Assembly (NCBI RefSeq): GCF_009914755.1
Contig: NC_060947.1
Direction: 5' to 3' (one strand)
From: the human T2T-CHM13v2.0 reference genome, Homo sapiens
Length of the DNA stretch: 64,000 bases
The notes beneath the pieces were generated by a model. It was not told the origin of the DNA. It was given only the letters and a program-made list of their open reading frames with translations, and ran no database searches. Position 1 is the stretch's first letter, and each line of letters starts with the position of its first letter. Position numbers and translations under genes: made by a program. Positions 26,431 to 39,756 of this stretch are shown here, piece after piece.

Positions 26431-27216
26431 TAGCTGAGGCTGCACTGCGTGTAGGCATGGCCCGGCAGGAACTCTGGGAGGGGCTGGGAGGTCAGTGGGG
26501 CATGCAGATCAGATTCGCCCTGGTCCTATGGAAAAGACAGCCCTTTTCTCTCCAGGTCTAGCAGCTTACATATGTCAGACCCACCCCTTTCCTCAGGAGC
26601 TGTTCAGGGCCTGGAACGTATCCTGCCACTCAGCAATCCCATGCATGGTTCCCAGCTTCCTCCTCCTTCAATCCCAACATCTGGGCCCTCTCTTCAACCT
26701 CTCTCAGTGCATTCTTTCAGACAGTCTGCTTGACGCATGCCATATTCCTCAATATTCTGATCTGTCTTGGTGAGAGAAGTTCTTCCTGGCTGTGTCTAGT
26801 TAGCCATCTTGTCCAAGTCTTTGACATTGAAAGAAACTTATTGACCATAGTACCACAGGAACAGTTGAGATATTATCTAATGTAAATTTTGCTTTTTTCT
26901 GTGTTTTTCTTTCTCCTCACTGTTCCCTTCTTAATTTGATTTGCAAAAGCCAAAAATGCCAGATGATTATATACACCTCTCTTGACAACTTCCAAATATG
27001 ATATGGGCATATGGGGGATTTGGAACTTCTTTTGTCCCCTCTCTATCCTAGCTTATTTCAGTGAAAAAAGCTAGGTAGAGTGCTATCAATATCTTGGCTG
27101 AAACTGAATTTGGATCTTTTTGGTTTTTTGCCATCAGCAATATTGACTGCCATACTTGTAGACACGAAACCAATCAGGTGTCATTGGTCTTTGAAAATAA
27201 TTATTGTTTGCTATAA

Positions 27217-27529
<313 letters not shown>

Positions 27530-29394
27530 AAAGTGGTTCATGTTCTTTTAGGTGACAGGAGTGATTTTTAAAAGCAAGACCTTGAGGCATTGTGGAGATC
27601 GTATATTTGGTATTATTGGATGCTCTCATGGTCCTTTGGACATTTTTCTTTTCGTTTACAATTTTAGCTTTCCCAGGTAGCCTATGCTCTGATGTTTCAT
27701 GATGCTATTACCCTAGAGGGTTTGTGAGTACTAGACTTTTTCTTTCTGACTCTTGATACCAAAATCAAGATGAGTATTAATTCTATCCCCAAGTTGTACT
27801 CACATGATTGTCTAGACATGAATTCATTTGTGTAAATAGATCTACAAGTGATGTCACATACGGCATTTTCTGCCTTTACATAAGATGATCTGTCCTCTGA
27901 TTGCTAGCCTGGCCTTGGCCTCCAGGCCAATTTCTGGCATACAGCTGCAGGTGTCCAGTCAACAATGAATAGAAGAAGCAATGCATTTTCAAAAATAAAG
28001 TTGCTCCCAATATATTTTAAAAGTTACTTAGTATTGCGATAATAAGAGTACAATAAAATATGAGAACAAGGAAGATTTACCTGCTTGAAGAAAAGTAAAT
28101 TTGAAACTGCCTATACTCTGTCATGCTGAAGGAAAGACATTCCTGCAACTTAATTGTTTGCCACGAGGTCCAACACTCACTTGTAATTTTTGATTATATA
28201 TTAGATAAATAGTTCTCACTGGAAGTGAAGGCTATAGATGCTCTATTGAATATAAATTTGGGTTACTTTAGGAAGAAGGTTCCAGTGGCTGATGAATCCA
28301 CCCATTATATTCTAGAGAAAGTATTTTTCATTGAATTTTGAGCTACTAAGATATGCTTAGCATTTTTATTTAAAAAATTAAACTTCTCTCTTTCTTTGTG
28401 TGTGTATGTGTGTCTGTATGTCTGTCTGTCTCTCTGTCTGTCTTGCTTGCTCAATCAAAAGAATTTGTGTATGTTGTGGAAAGTTATTTACAGTCAAATG
28501 AAAATGTGATTTGGCAGGTTGTTGGTTTTTCTCATGTAAGACATAAGAATCTCAGATATAGCAGTTACATAAGAATCACAGATACAAGTGTTTATTGTGA
28601 AGTATTTCATTATATATTTTTTTCAATTAGAAACTTTTCAAGTTTAAAATAACCTTCAATGATAATTTTCTAAATGTCAGGATTTAAGCATAATCTATTG
28701 AATTTACTAATTCGGTCAGATAATTTTTCAGAAATTCTGAACCTTTAGAAGAATTGGCTCTTAAATCTTTTAAAATATGTCAGTATTTCAAAAAGGTTTG
28801 CAAATACTGATAAACCTTTGACTCTGGCCACTCTTTACGCTTTTGTGAAAAGTGATCTCCCTGTTGTTATTGCATGGATAAGGAGCGAAAGATACTTTTA
28901 ATACTAAAATTCCTTTTATAGCTAATGTAAAAATAACTCATAGAAAAAGGTTACACTAAAGTGAAAGAAAAATAAATGAAAACTTTACACAGAGGCTTAG
29001 AAAGCCACCCTCCTAAGTGTAGTGAATCTAAACAAATGGTCAGACAATTCAATTTGATACCAATGAGACATACTTGACTTTAAGGACCTAAGAGGAGAGG
29101 TCAACTAACAGAGATTTTAGATAGATAGATACAAACAAACACAGGTGATAGACAGATAGATTACAGTTCTCCTGGATGTATAAATATGGTGGCTTCAGTC
29201 ATTATTCTTCATTAATTTTCTTGCACATGACATTGCTTCGTGTTGGAAAGATCCATATAAGTGACTGTTAACTACACTTCTGCACTTTGTACAATACTTC
29301 TGATTTGGGGTGACATTTCTCAATTCCTATCATACTGCTGAGCAGTGCTTGCTGGAAGGGATGGGCATAATTTCTGAAACATGCAGTGTATATT

Positions 29395-30655
29395 TTAACA
29401 GTTTTATTCCTGTATAATTGAGATACAATAAATTGTGGATACTTAATGTATAGATTTTGAGAAATTTTAACGCATGTATACGCCTATGAAGCCATTGAGA
29501 TAATAAGTATAACTGTCACTCCAAAAAGTTTTTTTGTGCCCATTTTTAATCCCTTTTCCCCTTCCCCTCATATGCTAGACTACCCTTGCCTTAGGCAACC
29601 AGTTACCTGTTTTCAATCAGTTTATATGCATTTCAAACATTGTATATAAATGAAATCATACAGTGTGCACAGTTTTATGCTGTTTTATTTTGTGCAAAAT
29701 AATTATTCTAAAATCAGTCTACATGGTGCCTAAATCAATAGTTTATTCCTTTTAATGCTGAGTAGTATTTAATGGAGGATATACCACAATAATTTGTTTA
29801 TCCATTTACCTGTTGATAAACATTTGTTTTTTTCCCCTATGTTTTGGCAATTAAAAATATAGCTGCTATGAACATTCAAGTATAAGTCTTTGTATGGACA
29901 TATGCTTTTATACCTCTGAGGGAAATAACTTATGAATGCAATGTTTAGATCACATGGTAATTGAGTTTATACTGTTTAAAGAAATTGCCTGATAGTTTCC
30001 CAAATAGAGTGTTTCTTTTCCCATTTCTCCCAACAGTGTATGAGAAATCCAGTTCCTCCACATTCTTGACCATACTTAATAGGGTTACTCATTCTAATTT
30101 TAACTATTTAAATTTGTAGATACTGCGATCACAGTGTAGTTTAAATTTTCATTTCCATAATGAATAATGACATTGAGCATCTTTACATGTCTTTATTTGT
30201 CATCTATGTATCTTGTTTACTAAAATGCCTTTTAAAATCCTTTACTTATTGCTCCCCCATTGGGTTTTTTTTATTGTTGAATTTTGAGAGTTTTAAAATT
30301 TGTATATATATATATATATGATACCCTAAACATGTATTTGATAAAGGATTTGTGTCTAGTATGTATATATTATATATAGTATATATATAATATAGTGAAT
30401 ATATATAATTATATATTATATACATATTCTGGACACAAATCCTTTATCAGATACATATTTTTATATATAGTATATATATGATATAATGAATATATATACT
30501 TATATACATATTCTGGACACAAATCCTTTATCAGATACATGTTTTTATAAACTTTTCCCCAGTCTGCAACTTGCCTTTTTTTCTTCATGATGTCTATTGA
30601 AGAGCAGTTTTTTATTTTGATGAAATGTAATGAATTGCTTTTTTCTTACATGAAT
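29395..30655 (-). mobile_element. Old L1M (L1MC/MD-type) 3' end, containing a TA-rich expansion
   Basis: Reverse-strand L1M 3'UTR and ORF2 motifs (gctgctatgaacattc, ccagttcctccacattcttgacc). Confidence 0.75.
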
Positions 30656-31314
30656 CGGAAAGAAGCACGTGGTTTTAATAGCTATCTGAACCATCACTGC
30701 TTTAACATTTTGCCCCAGCCTCTGTTTTTCATCAGCCATGTAATTTTGTTTTTCCCACCTTGCTGTTTTGGTCCTCTAATGAAGGGGCAATAAAACAAAA
30801 GAAAGTGGGTTAAAAGTAAGCTTAAAATGAAGGGTGGAAAAAAGAAAGGGACAGAAGGAAGAGAAAAATTAGTGGAAGATTTTTTAGGCCATTATAGTCT
30901 TGCTTCAATGATTTTATAGATTTTGTAGGGTAGTATGATATTAGAGAAACAAAACTTTATTCAAATTTATTTGATCATATGTAATACAATGTTCACAGAG
31001 AAGATACTTATACCAAAACTTCTTGACTGAACTAATTTGCTTCCATGGTTCACAAACTGATGAAATTCCAGTCATACAGAGATTTTCCTTACAGTACGTC
31101 TCCTTAGCAGTTGGAGGCAATGAAGCATGGAGTCAAAGGATGATGCAAGGTGGGTGTGAGGGGACCAATTGCAAAGACAGAAAATGCTTTGCCAGATTTA
31201 CCCATTACTATGGAAACTGGCTTTTGGCAGTTTTCTGAGGGATGAGAGTTTAGGTGATTAATGTGCAGTATCTGAGCTCTATCTCTTTAGGTCAAATTAA
31301 ATGTTATGTAAGGA

Positions 31315-32593
31315 CAAGTGTACTTCAAAACATTTATGAAAATGCATATTATGAAAAAAATCTATTCATGGATTTCAAAATACTTTTTGCACCAAAATAA
31401 ACTCATGCTAACTTGACATAACATATGTAAACAGGACCTAGTTTGAGATTCTAAGTAGGATGAGACATCATTTGAAAGAGACCCAATGAAAGCAATATGA
31501 ATTCTGCTGATATTGAAATAAGAGCAAACACCAAATTTACGGTGAAGCTTTAGCGGAAAAAATGGTGAAATCATTGATGCTTTACAGAAAGTTTATGGGA
31601 ACAATACCCCAAAGAAGTCAGCAGTTTACAAATGGGTAACTCATTTTAAGAATGTACAAGATTATGTTGAAAATGAAGTTCACAGTGGCAGGCACATCAA
31701 TTTGAGAGTAAAAATTCATCCTGTTTGAGTCCTAATTCAATAGGACCTACAGTTACTGGCAAAAACAATAGCCAACACTATAGACATCTTAATTTGTTTA
31801 GCTTATAGAATTGTGACTGAAAAGTTAAAGTTGAGCAAACTTTGTACTTGATGAGTGCCAAAACTGTCACACCCAGATCAGCTGCGAACAAAAGCAGAGC
31901 TTTCAATGGAAATTTTAAACAAATGAGATCAAGATTCTGAAGCATTTCTTCAAGTAATTGTAACAGGTAAAACATGGCTTTACTGGCAAAATCTTGAATA
32001 CAAAGTAAATTAAAGCAAGAGGTAGAAGTGCGCCAGTTAAAGCAAAATATGATAGCAAAGGTCATGGCAACAGTTTTTTAGGATGCTCAGGGCATTTAGC
32101 TTGTTGATTTTCTGCAAGGCCAAAGAACAATAACATTTGATTATTAAGAGAGTATTTTGAGTAAGTTATCCAGAGCTTCAGCAAAAAAAATGCCCAGGTA
32201 AGCTTATCCAGATGGTTCTTCTGCACCATGACAATGCTCCTGCTCATTCCTCTCATCAGACAAGGGCACTTTTGTGAGACTTTCAATGGGAAATCATTAG
32301 GCATCTACCTTACAGTCTGGATTTGACTCTTTCTGACTTCTGCTTTTTTTTCCTCATCTTAAAAAAATCTTTAAAGGGCAGTATTTTTCTTCAGTTAATA
32401 ATGTAATAAAGACTGCTTTGACATGGTTAAATTTCCAGGACCCTCAGTTTTCTTAGGGATGAACTAAATGGCTGATACCAACACTTACAAAAGTGTCTTG
32501 AACTTGATATAGCTTATGTTGAGAAATAAAATTTATATAATTTTTATTCTTGTTTTAATTCCATTTTTCCATAAACTTTTTGAAGTTCCCTCA
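31315..32593 (+). mobile_element. Full-length degenerate HSMAR2 mariner DNA transposon (pseudogenised transposase at about 31497-32529)
   Basis: Degenerate terminal inverted repeats (cttcaaaacatttatgaaaat / ttttccataaactttttgaag, followed by TA); remnants MNSADIEIRANTKF...NGEIIDALQKVYG, HHDNAPAHSSHQT, YSLDLTLSDF, AYVEK*; many stops and frameshifts. Confidence 0.92.
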
Positions 32594-32714
32594 TATGTGA
32601 GTGATTTTTATATTTTTCCAATCAAAATTGTAGTTATTCTGTAGTATATTTTGTGATATTCAAGCACAATTTAATTTATAATTTCTCATATTATATGCCA
32701 GGGAAATATATATG

Positions 32715-32897
32715 CCTTTGCCACTTACTAACTGTGTGATCTAGGCAAAAAGACAACCTTCCCTAAGCCCAGGTTCTTCAGCTTTAAAATGGGCCCAGTG
32801 AGTAATTAACTCCTATGTTTCTTGCAAGAGTTAACTAAGATGATGAACAGGAAGCATTTAGCATATGCCTAGCACACAGTAAGCATTCAATAAATAT
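32715..32897 (+). mobile_element. MIR
   Basis: gccacttactaactgtgtgatctaggcaa...gcctagcacacagtaagcattcaataaat. Confidence 0.75.
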
Positions 32898-34041
32898 TTT
32901 AAAAATTATTTTCAAAGGAAAACCCATTAATATAAAATTATGTTTTTCAGCCTTTAAACTTCAGGCTTTTATATGATAATATATACTTGGAAAAAACTTG
33001 ATTAAAAAAGACTTGTATACTAGAAAATGTTTTACTGACTGTGAAAAAATGATTTTGAAAAATCAACCACTTAATGTTTAGCAAAGAAACAAGTCTGTTT
33101 TTCAAAATTAAAACTTGTGCTATTAAAAACATAATGGGTTTAATTGCTATTCCTATTAGATTTTTTCCCCCTCATAGTCTATTGAGACAAACTGAAAATC
33201 TCCATTAATTCAATGATGCTGTTATCTTAATGTGGGGAGTTGCTTTTAGATACTAGTATTATTACTGTCATATTTATAGTTTTACCAAAGCAGTCTAATA
33301 ATTTTCCTATTACTTTGACAAACTCAAGCACCAGCAAACCAAGTTTTATATTTATTTCTGTTTCCTGTTGGAACAATTGACCTTACCCTGAAGAGTGGAA
33401 TATAGGCCAAAAACATAGCATGTACATATGTTGTGAAAAAAAGTTATCATGTTTTGGAAAATATATTATTCTCATAATCATTATTTGCTGCATTTCATTT
33501 GAAGATTTACTGCTGACAATCAGGTTGCTAAGTATAATATTATTCATTATAATATGTGACAAGAATTTGAGTGTCTCTTCCACAGTAGCTAATTAACAAT
33601 AAAAAATATACGTAAAAGGAAAAGAAAAAAATGTTTAGAAACAAAATTAAATTGACATTGTCAAGAAAAAGGTTTTTCATGAGAAAAATATCTGGGCAAA
33701 TTAATGGCATACTTCTAAGATATATTGTTTAAAAATGTTCCTTCAATTAAAACGTGAACTACTGAGTAAACACATAATTGCTTCTGTAGTTCTCTTCACC
33801 AATTTTTATTTTTTGTGATAGTTAACTATTTCTCATTCTGTTCTATAATATACAGTCTTGTAATACTCATATAGGGCTTTTAAATTATTTTACAAATGAA
33901 TGCCCAATTTCTATTTGTTAAGGGATAATAAAACATAATAAACTTTAAATGAGTGAGTTAGGGGAAAGAAAAATATGCTGAGTCTATAATGGACTGAAAT
34001 GAATGAGAATGGAAAATATGTACTTTTAATTTGTGAGAGCA

Positions 34042-34274
34042 CAGATGGTCCTGGAGTTATAATGTTTCTACTTATGACTTTTCAACTTTATGATGGTGCA
34101 AAAGCAATACACATTTAGGACACTCCTTGACTTATGATGGGAGTTATGGCTGTATAAACCCATTGTATATTTATAAAATATGGTAAGTTTAAAGTGCATT
34201 GTCAACTTATGATATTTTCAACTTATGATCATTTTACCAGGATATAAGCCTCTTTGCAAATTGAGGGGCATCTA
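34042..34274. mobile_element. MER47-like Tigger-derived MITE
   Basis: cagatggtcc / ggggcatcta termini and repeated acttatgat motifs. Confidence 0.6.
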
Positions 34275-34777
34275 TACTTGATAGTATTTGAAATACTGAT
34301 TAGATTTCCTTATTATTTAAGCCAAGCATATTGTGTAACATATGTAGGTTTATCTAAATATTGGCTTTATCTGACTGAATTGTTTTCTTAATTTCCTACT
34401 CAAATTGTTCATTGCTAGTGTATAAAAATGTAACTGATTTTGCATGTTGATTTTGTTCATGAACATTTGCTGAATGCTTTAACAAGTTTTTATGTGGAAT
34501 CCTTAAGGTTTTCTGTATACAGCATGTCATATAAAAAGAAAAAAATATTTTTTCTTTCTAATTTGGATGCCTCTATTACTTTTTTCATAACTCCTTTGCC
34601 TAGAACACCCAGTACTATATTGGATAGAAGTGGAAAAAATACAGGCATCCTTGTCTTGTTTCTGATCTTAGAGGAAGAGCTTTCTGTCTTATACCTTACA
34701 TATGATGTTACGTGTGAGTTTATCCTACATTGCCATTATTGTGTTTTGGATGTTTCCTTCTATTCCTAGTTTATTGA

Positions 34778-35126
<349 letters not shown>

Positions 35127-35166
35127 TGAATTTTGTCAAAAGTTTTCTATGCATTAAGTGAGATCG

Positions 35167-35167
<1 letters not shown>

Positions 35168-35210
<43 letters not shown>
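35168..35210. repeat. (GT)n microsatellite
   Basis: About 21 GT units read directly. Confidence 0.95.
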
Positions 35211-35214
<4 letters not shown>

Positions 35215-37449
35215 CTACATTCTATTACTGTGGTATATTAAATTGATTGATTTTTGTATGTTGAATGACCATTCATTCATTCTGGAAATTAATTTCATTT
35301 GATCATAGTGTATAATCCTTTTACTATGTTGCTGAATTCAGTATGCCAGTGTTTTGTTGAGGATTTCTGCATGAATGTTCACAAGAGATACTGGACTTTA
35401 GTTTTCTTTTCTTGTAGTGTCTTTGTCTGGTTTGGTATCAGGGCAATGCTACCCTTCTAGAATGAGTTAGTAAGTGTTTCCTCCTCTTCAAATGTTTGGA
35501 GGTGTTTGAGAAAGATTGATGTTAATTCCTCTTTAAATGTTTGGTAGAATTCAGCAGGGAAGACATCTGGTCTTGGGCTTTACTTTGTTGGAAGGTTTTT
35601 TATTACTGATTCAATATCCTCACAGTTTTGTATCTATGCAGATCTTCTAGTTCTTCAAGAGACAGTTTTCGTAGATTATGTGTTTCTAAGAAATTTTCCA
35701 TTTAATCTAAAGTAATCCATTTTTTTGGTGTATAATTATTCATAATATTCTCTTATAATCATTTTTATTTTGGTAAAATTCATAGCATAAAAACATATTT
35801 ATATATGTATATATATATATAATCTTAATTCATGTCACTAGTCATGCATACCAAGATTGAAATCAAGTCCCTGTTGTTTTGCATTTATGAATAATATTTC
35901 AACAGCATCTTTGTATATAACTCTTCACTGTGCTAGTTTACCTGTAGGGATAACATTTAATATACAAGTTATTTATAGGATAAATAACAAAATTGATATG
36001 TCAAAGGTGATATGCACTTTCAAGTTTGTGGATTTTGCAAAATAACTCTCCAAAAAAATACCCGTTTTCTCTCTCACTACCAGTGTTTGAGATCAGGGCT
36101 GTCACTCAACATTTTTATCTAAGGTGAATGTTACCAAAGGTGTTAAGAATTGCCAATTTGAAAGAAAAATATCTTTTTTTATTTTTGGAGGGGAGTATAA
36201 GTAATTTGAATCTATATTTCCATATAATGTGCTTATTAAATTTTAGTATGTGTTATTTTAGCTTTAAATATTAAACTACAACTTTTACTCTCTACCTTTA
36301 ATGCATTCTAAAATTTTAAGTAGCATGACAATCTTCTGTTATTTACAGATTTGCTTAGGTCAGTGTCAGGTATGTTTTGAGTCATTTTTGGTAATTTATG
36401 TTGCACATTCCATCCAGATTTTAGAACTAAGCCTAGAATAATATTAGTATGTGTGTGTAAATAAACATAAAAATATACAAATATACAAATACATATCTAC
36501 ACACCCATTAGAAAGAATTGGTTCTCAGATTTATGTGAGAGTTGAACAACTGGATTAATGTCCAGAAGTAACTGAGAAAGAACAATACACCATGTGCAAA
36601 ATTATTAAATATAGGATGGTGATCTTGAGTCTAGTACATGACTACCCACGGATGATAGCAGGCAGCATAGTCTAATGTCATGCTTTTCAAAGAAGCCTGG
36701 AATTTTGAGGGAGTTGGGAGGAGAAATCTTCTAGCAGAAGCAATACAGAGAAAGAATACTTCCCAGAGTTCCATGACTGTGGGACAATGAGAGGACTGCA
36801 GTGAGAACCTTCCTGTGGCTTCTTTGCATACAATTTCTTACAGTATATTCTTATTCTGATTTAATTTATTTTGCAACTATAGAAGAAATTATTTAATTTC
36901 ATGGACATGTACAGTAAATTATTCACATTTAGTTTCATAATAGCAGTTATATTCCATGTAAACATAAAAGTGATCCAATAATGGAAAAATGAAGCTGATA
37001 GTGAATATAAGATGTCACATTGTCTTGTCAAGTCTCTATCCTCTGTCTTTTAAAATGGAAAACAAAAGCAGCAAGTGTTCTGTTGATGATAGTAAATGTT
37101 ATGTCTTACAAGTATTCAAAGCCCATAGCAGGCATGATCTGTGCCTGGAGGAATTCATGGCCTGTTCCTGTGGCTTGCTGTCACTGCATTGGACAGTGAG
37201 GACATATATGTACCTGAGGACAATGCATTTTTAAAAAGAAGTGGATTTCAAACATTTTTGTCTAAGGCCTAGAATTTAAAAAAATATTGATTTTACATTG
37301 TGACTCAATAAACACAAACATATACATATTCTCTATTATATGCACAGCTACAAATAAAACAGAAACAAAATTTGTATGAAGCAATACTTTCTTTACTATG
37401 TAGAATGTGTTTTCAGTTTAATCTCTGTCCTGTCCAGTATTAAAGATAC

Positions 37450-37562
37450 TGGAAACATGTGGCTATTTCAATTTCAGTTAATTAAAACCAAATAATATTA
37501 CATTAGCCATATGTGGCTAGTGGCTACCATATTGGATAGCACAAATATAGAATATTACCATC
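37450..37562. mobile_element. MER3-like hAT-Charlie fragment, truncated at the junction
   Basis: tagccatatgtggctagtggctaccatattggatagcac motif. Confidence 0.7.
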
Positions 37563-37577
37563 TTGTCAAGTCTCTAT

Positions 37578-38486
37578 CCTCAGCTGCAGGTCTGTTGGAG
37601 TTTGCTGGAGGTCCACTCCAGACCCTGTTTGCCTGAGTATCACCAGTAGAGGCTGCAGAACAGCAAGTATTGCAGAACAGCAAATATTGCTGCCTGATCC
37701 CTCCTCTGGAAGCTTTGTCCCAAATGGGCACCAGCCTGTATGAGGTGTCAATCGGCCCCTACTGGGAGGTGTCTCCCAGTTAGGCTACACGGGGGTCAGG
37801 GAACCACTTGAGGAGGCAGTCTGTCTGTTCTCAGAGCTCAAACACCGTGCTGGGAGAACCACTGCTCTCTTCAGAGCTGTCAGACAGGGACGTGTAAGTC
37901 TGCAGAAGTTTCTAATGCCTTTTGTTCAGCTATGCCCTGCCCACAGAGGTGGAGTCTACAGAGGCATCAGGCCTTGTTGAGCTGCGGTGGGCTCCACTCA
38001 GTTCAAGCTACCCCAGCTTCTTTCTTTACCTACTCAAGCCTCAGCAATGGCAGACTCCCCTCCCCCTGCCAGGCTGCTGCCTTGCAGGTCGATCTCAGAC
38101 TGCTGCACTAGCAGTGAGCAAGGCTCCGTGGGCGTGGGACCCGCCAAGCCAGTCGTGGGATATAATCTCCTGGTGTGCCATTTGCTAAAACCGTTGGAAA
38201 AGCACAGTATTTGGGCAGGAGTTTCCCATTTTTCCAGGTACAGTCTATCATAGCTTCCCTTGGCTAGGAAAAGCAAATCCCCAAACCCCTTGTGCTTCCT
38301 AGGTGAGGCGATGCCCTGCCCTGCTTAGGCTCACCCTCTGTGGGCTGCACTCACTCTCCAACCAGTCCCAGTGAGATGAACCAGGTACTTCAGTTGGAAA
38401 TGCAGAAATCACCCGTCTTCTGCGTCGATCATGCTGGGAGCTGCAGACCGGAGCTGTTCCTATTTGGCCACCTTGGAACAGACCCC
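37578..38486 (-). mobile_element. Orphan L1PA (L1PA6/7-like) 5'UTR only, about 0.9 kb
   Basis: Reverse complement starts ggggtctgttccaaggtggccaaataggaacagctccggtctgcagctccc; ends just before ORF1; no ORF1, ORF2, polyA or second TSD copy nearby. Confidence 0.92.
38047..38253 (+). CDS. L1 ORF0 homolog, open over 68 aa (MADSPPPARLLPCRSISDCC...FSRYSLS); expression unknown
   Basis: Collinear with L1 ORF0 as recalled (MAGAPPPASLPPCSLISDCC...FSR); Kozak gcaATGG; internal donor CAG|gtacag at 38238. Confidence 0.55.
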   Translation: MADSPPPARLLPCRSISDCCTSSEQGSVGVGPAKPVVGYNLLVCHLLKPLEKHSIWAGVSHFSRYSLS

Positions 38487-38668
38487 AAATGTATAATTTC
38501 ACAACATAGCTAACATACAGTTATTAGTAGTATGTTTTACATTCTGTTTTACACAGTCTGTGGAATATAATGTATATTTCACACAGCACATCTTATTTAG
38601 GACTACCAACATTTTAATTGCTCAGTAGTCACATGTGACTAATGGCTGTCATATTGTACAGGACATGT
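38487..38668. mobile_element. MER33-like hAT-Charlie fragment (probable host of the L1PA insertion)
   Basis: acagcacatctt...tgctcagtagtcacatgtgactaatggctgtcatattg motif. Confidence 0.6.
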
Positions 38669-39432
38669 CTAAAGTTACAACTTTCAGGACTTTTGGTCAC
38701 CTGCCTAACTGTCTGTAAAAATATGAAACACGTGAAACATCTGTATTGCCTGTCAACACACGAAACACCTGTATTTCTCACCTCCCCCCAGAAACAAGTT
38801 AAAATATTATTTTTTTTCCAAATTAGGCATTTCTTTCTTTTAGATATCTGTCCTCTTCAAGAGCAGTGTGACCAACAGTATCTTACTGTTTGGGACCATC
38901 TCCTAACCAGGAATAATAAGAACATAAATAAAGATGTCATTTATTGGGTATTTGCTCTGTGCTTTTGGCTAATTGTTTTCCATATGCGTTTCATTTCAAG
39001 TTGGTTTTACATACACACATTATTATGTCTTATTTCAAGATGATTTTACTTCAAGCTCTCTCTCTAAGGAGACCACACTCCAAAAAAATAGAATTTATTA
39101 AAAAAAATTCAGGAAGAGTTTGTTACTCTCAAGTAAAAACTAAGAAAATATTGGTGTTTAATTGTAGTTCTACTTGTCTTTACAATTAATGAAGTGTGGA
39201 TACTACCATAATTCAACTAAACAGTATTTATAGGCATTGCTGTAAACTATTTGATTTTGATGCATGGCTAGAAACATACAGTTTTGTGTGCAAAGGTTTG
39301 TTTATGTCAAGCTGGTATTTAGAGGTCAGGGACCATTTCTGAATCATTTCCATAAGAATATAAACTTTAATTTAAAAATTAATACCAACTTATATAGGTC
39401 AACTTTAGTATAAAAAAATTCCAGAGTGATGA

Positions 39433-39756
<324 letters not shown>

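Larger units (their letters stand above)
19445..26815 (-). mobile_element. L1PA15/16-like LINE-1 with both ends and an internal deletion, hosting nested SVA and L1MA insertions
   Basis: PolyT and 3'UTR at 19445; ORF2 to 20877, resuming 21769-21815 and 24599-25400; ORF2-to-ORF1 jump near 25405; GC-rich 5'UTR ending tagccatcttg near 26810. Confidence 0.85.
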
